From contig CALBNC010000081.1 in the NCBI GenBank assembly GCA_937896195.1, positions 5,218-69,217 on the forward strand: a DNA stretch of 64,000 nt. Direction: 5' to 3'. Below are positions 63,082-64,000 of this stretch, in pieces. How positions within the stretch are numbered: the first letter of the stretch is position 1; each line of letters starts with the position of its first letter. This stretch comes from an uncultured Gammaproteobacteria bacterium (GTDB lineage: Bacteria > Pseudomonadota > Gammaproteobacteria > PS1 > Pseudothioglobaceae). A model generated the notes under the pieces. It searched no databases. It saw only the letters and a program-made list of their open reading frames with translations, and was not told the origin of the DNA. A program made the position numbers and the translations under genes.

Positions 63082-64000
63082 CTAAGGTACAGCTAATACA
63101 GTACAATTACACAAATCATCACTTTCGAAGGAGGTTAAATCTCCAGCATGCAGTCCAGGCACTGGGAACAATCGAACAGTTAGTGGCTTATTTAAACGAA
63201 ATGCCATTGTTCCAGTATCCCTCATAAGTGCACTAATTTTTTCAATTGACGTATCACCTGGAATGGGTACAGTATCCAAACCTATTCCGCAAACTGAACT
63301 ATAAGTTAATAATGAGTGAATATCATAATTAGCTTTGAACGTACCAGCAGCAAGTCCAGTATCTTCAGTTAACGCTAGCATCAAACCTGAAAATCCGACT
63401 AAATCGACACCTTGTATTGACTTAAATACTTTGGTTAATAAAGAGGAGGCTTCAACTGTTCCAGATGCGCCAAAATACTCAACCCCCATTTGTTCATAAA
63501 CTGTAGCCATACTTTCGCAGTCTTTTGAGGGAGCTGGCGAACTATCAAAGCCAGAAAATGAAAAATTATCACCTGTATCTATCTGTTTGATAATCTTGTT
63601 AATAACTGAGATGTGAAATTGAAGTGCTTCCCTCATTGTTTCATAATAACAATTAAAGCGCTCATTATGACTAACCATCTTTGTATTCTTATTCGACTCA
63701 GAAAGCACTTTAACAAGTAGATCAGGCGTCTCTAATCCAATAACAAAACAATTTCCTAATTTCTTTTTATGATAACTTGCAGGGAAATAAGGAATCAATG
63801 GATCGCAGTTAAAATTAACAGTGAAATTAAAATTACCCTCTCCTCGTGGCGTTATTTCACTGATTCTGCGTACAGCCTTGGCAGAGTTGATAATTAATTC
63901 ATTATCGAGGATTTCATTATCATCAATATCCACATTAACACAGACATTGCACAAATCGCCGAACTCTTTTATTAAATCTGGAATGAGTGATATTTCATGT
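63082..64000 (-). CDS. DUF711 family protein (5' end off the window)
   Basis: DSSPAP, VGFSGLMLALTED..LA, SSVCGIGLDTVPIPGD, LNKPLTVRLFPVPG; frame open to the window edge. Confidence 0.78.
   Translation of the reverse strand, partial: HEISLIPDLIKEFGDLCNVCVNVDIDDNEILDNELIINSAKAVRRISEITPRGEGNFNFTVNFNCDPLIPYFPASYHKKKLGNCFVIGLETPDLLVKVLSESNKNTKMVSHNERFNCYYETMREALQFHISVINKIIKQIDTGDNFSFSGFDSSPAPSKDCESMATVYEQMGVEYFGASGTVEASSLLTKVFKSIQGVDLVGFSGLMLALTEDTGLAAGTFKANYDIHSLLTYSSVCGIGLDTVPIPGDTSIEKISALMRDTGTMAFRLNKPLTVRLFPVPGLHAGDLTSFESDDLCNCTVLAVP

Noticed and set aside
1-64000. tRNA/rRNA genes and IS elements
   Set aside because: No T-loop/anticodon cloverleaf, rRNA signature, transposase ORF or terminal inverted repeats recognised by eye; tRNAscan and ISEScan would confirm

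Overview
AT-rich gammaproteobacterial chromosome segment. Gene content and style suggest a marine sulfur oxidiser of the SUP05/Thioglobaceae type (inference, not checked by search). It appears to span the replication terminus, with a canonical 28-bp dif site at 18662-18689. Most of the window is housekeeping: rnr, nhaA, ilvD, rnt, pxpABC, selD-selU, nrdAB-yfaE, aapJQMP, nadE, pabB, tolB-pal-cpoB, spoT, bamD, ssb, metH, rib genes-nusB, ftsW-murG, bioB, glnA, hemF, tsaC, xerC, htpG. No rRNA, tRNA, CRISPR array or intact mobile element was recognised. Three features stand out. (1) A glutamine-dependent NAD synthetase carries an N-terminal helix-turn-helix resembling filamentous-phage repressors, downstream of a perfect sigma70 promoter overlaid with phased repeats. 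(2) Five secreted, Cys-free, Asn/Gly/Pro/Trp- or Gln/Met-rich low-complexity proteins form a cluster and are candidate sulfur-globule envelope or amyloid-like structural proteins. (3) A UmuDAb-like umuD-umuC operon beside dif has its start codon and extended -10 inside a 39-bp palindrome, suggesting a LexA-independent self-repressing damage switch.
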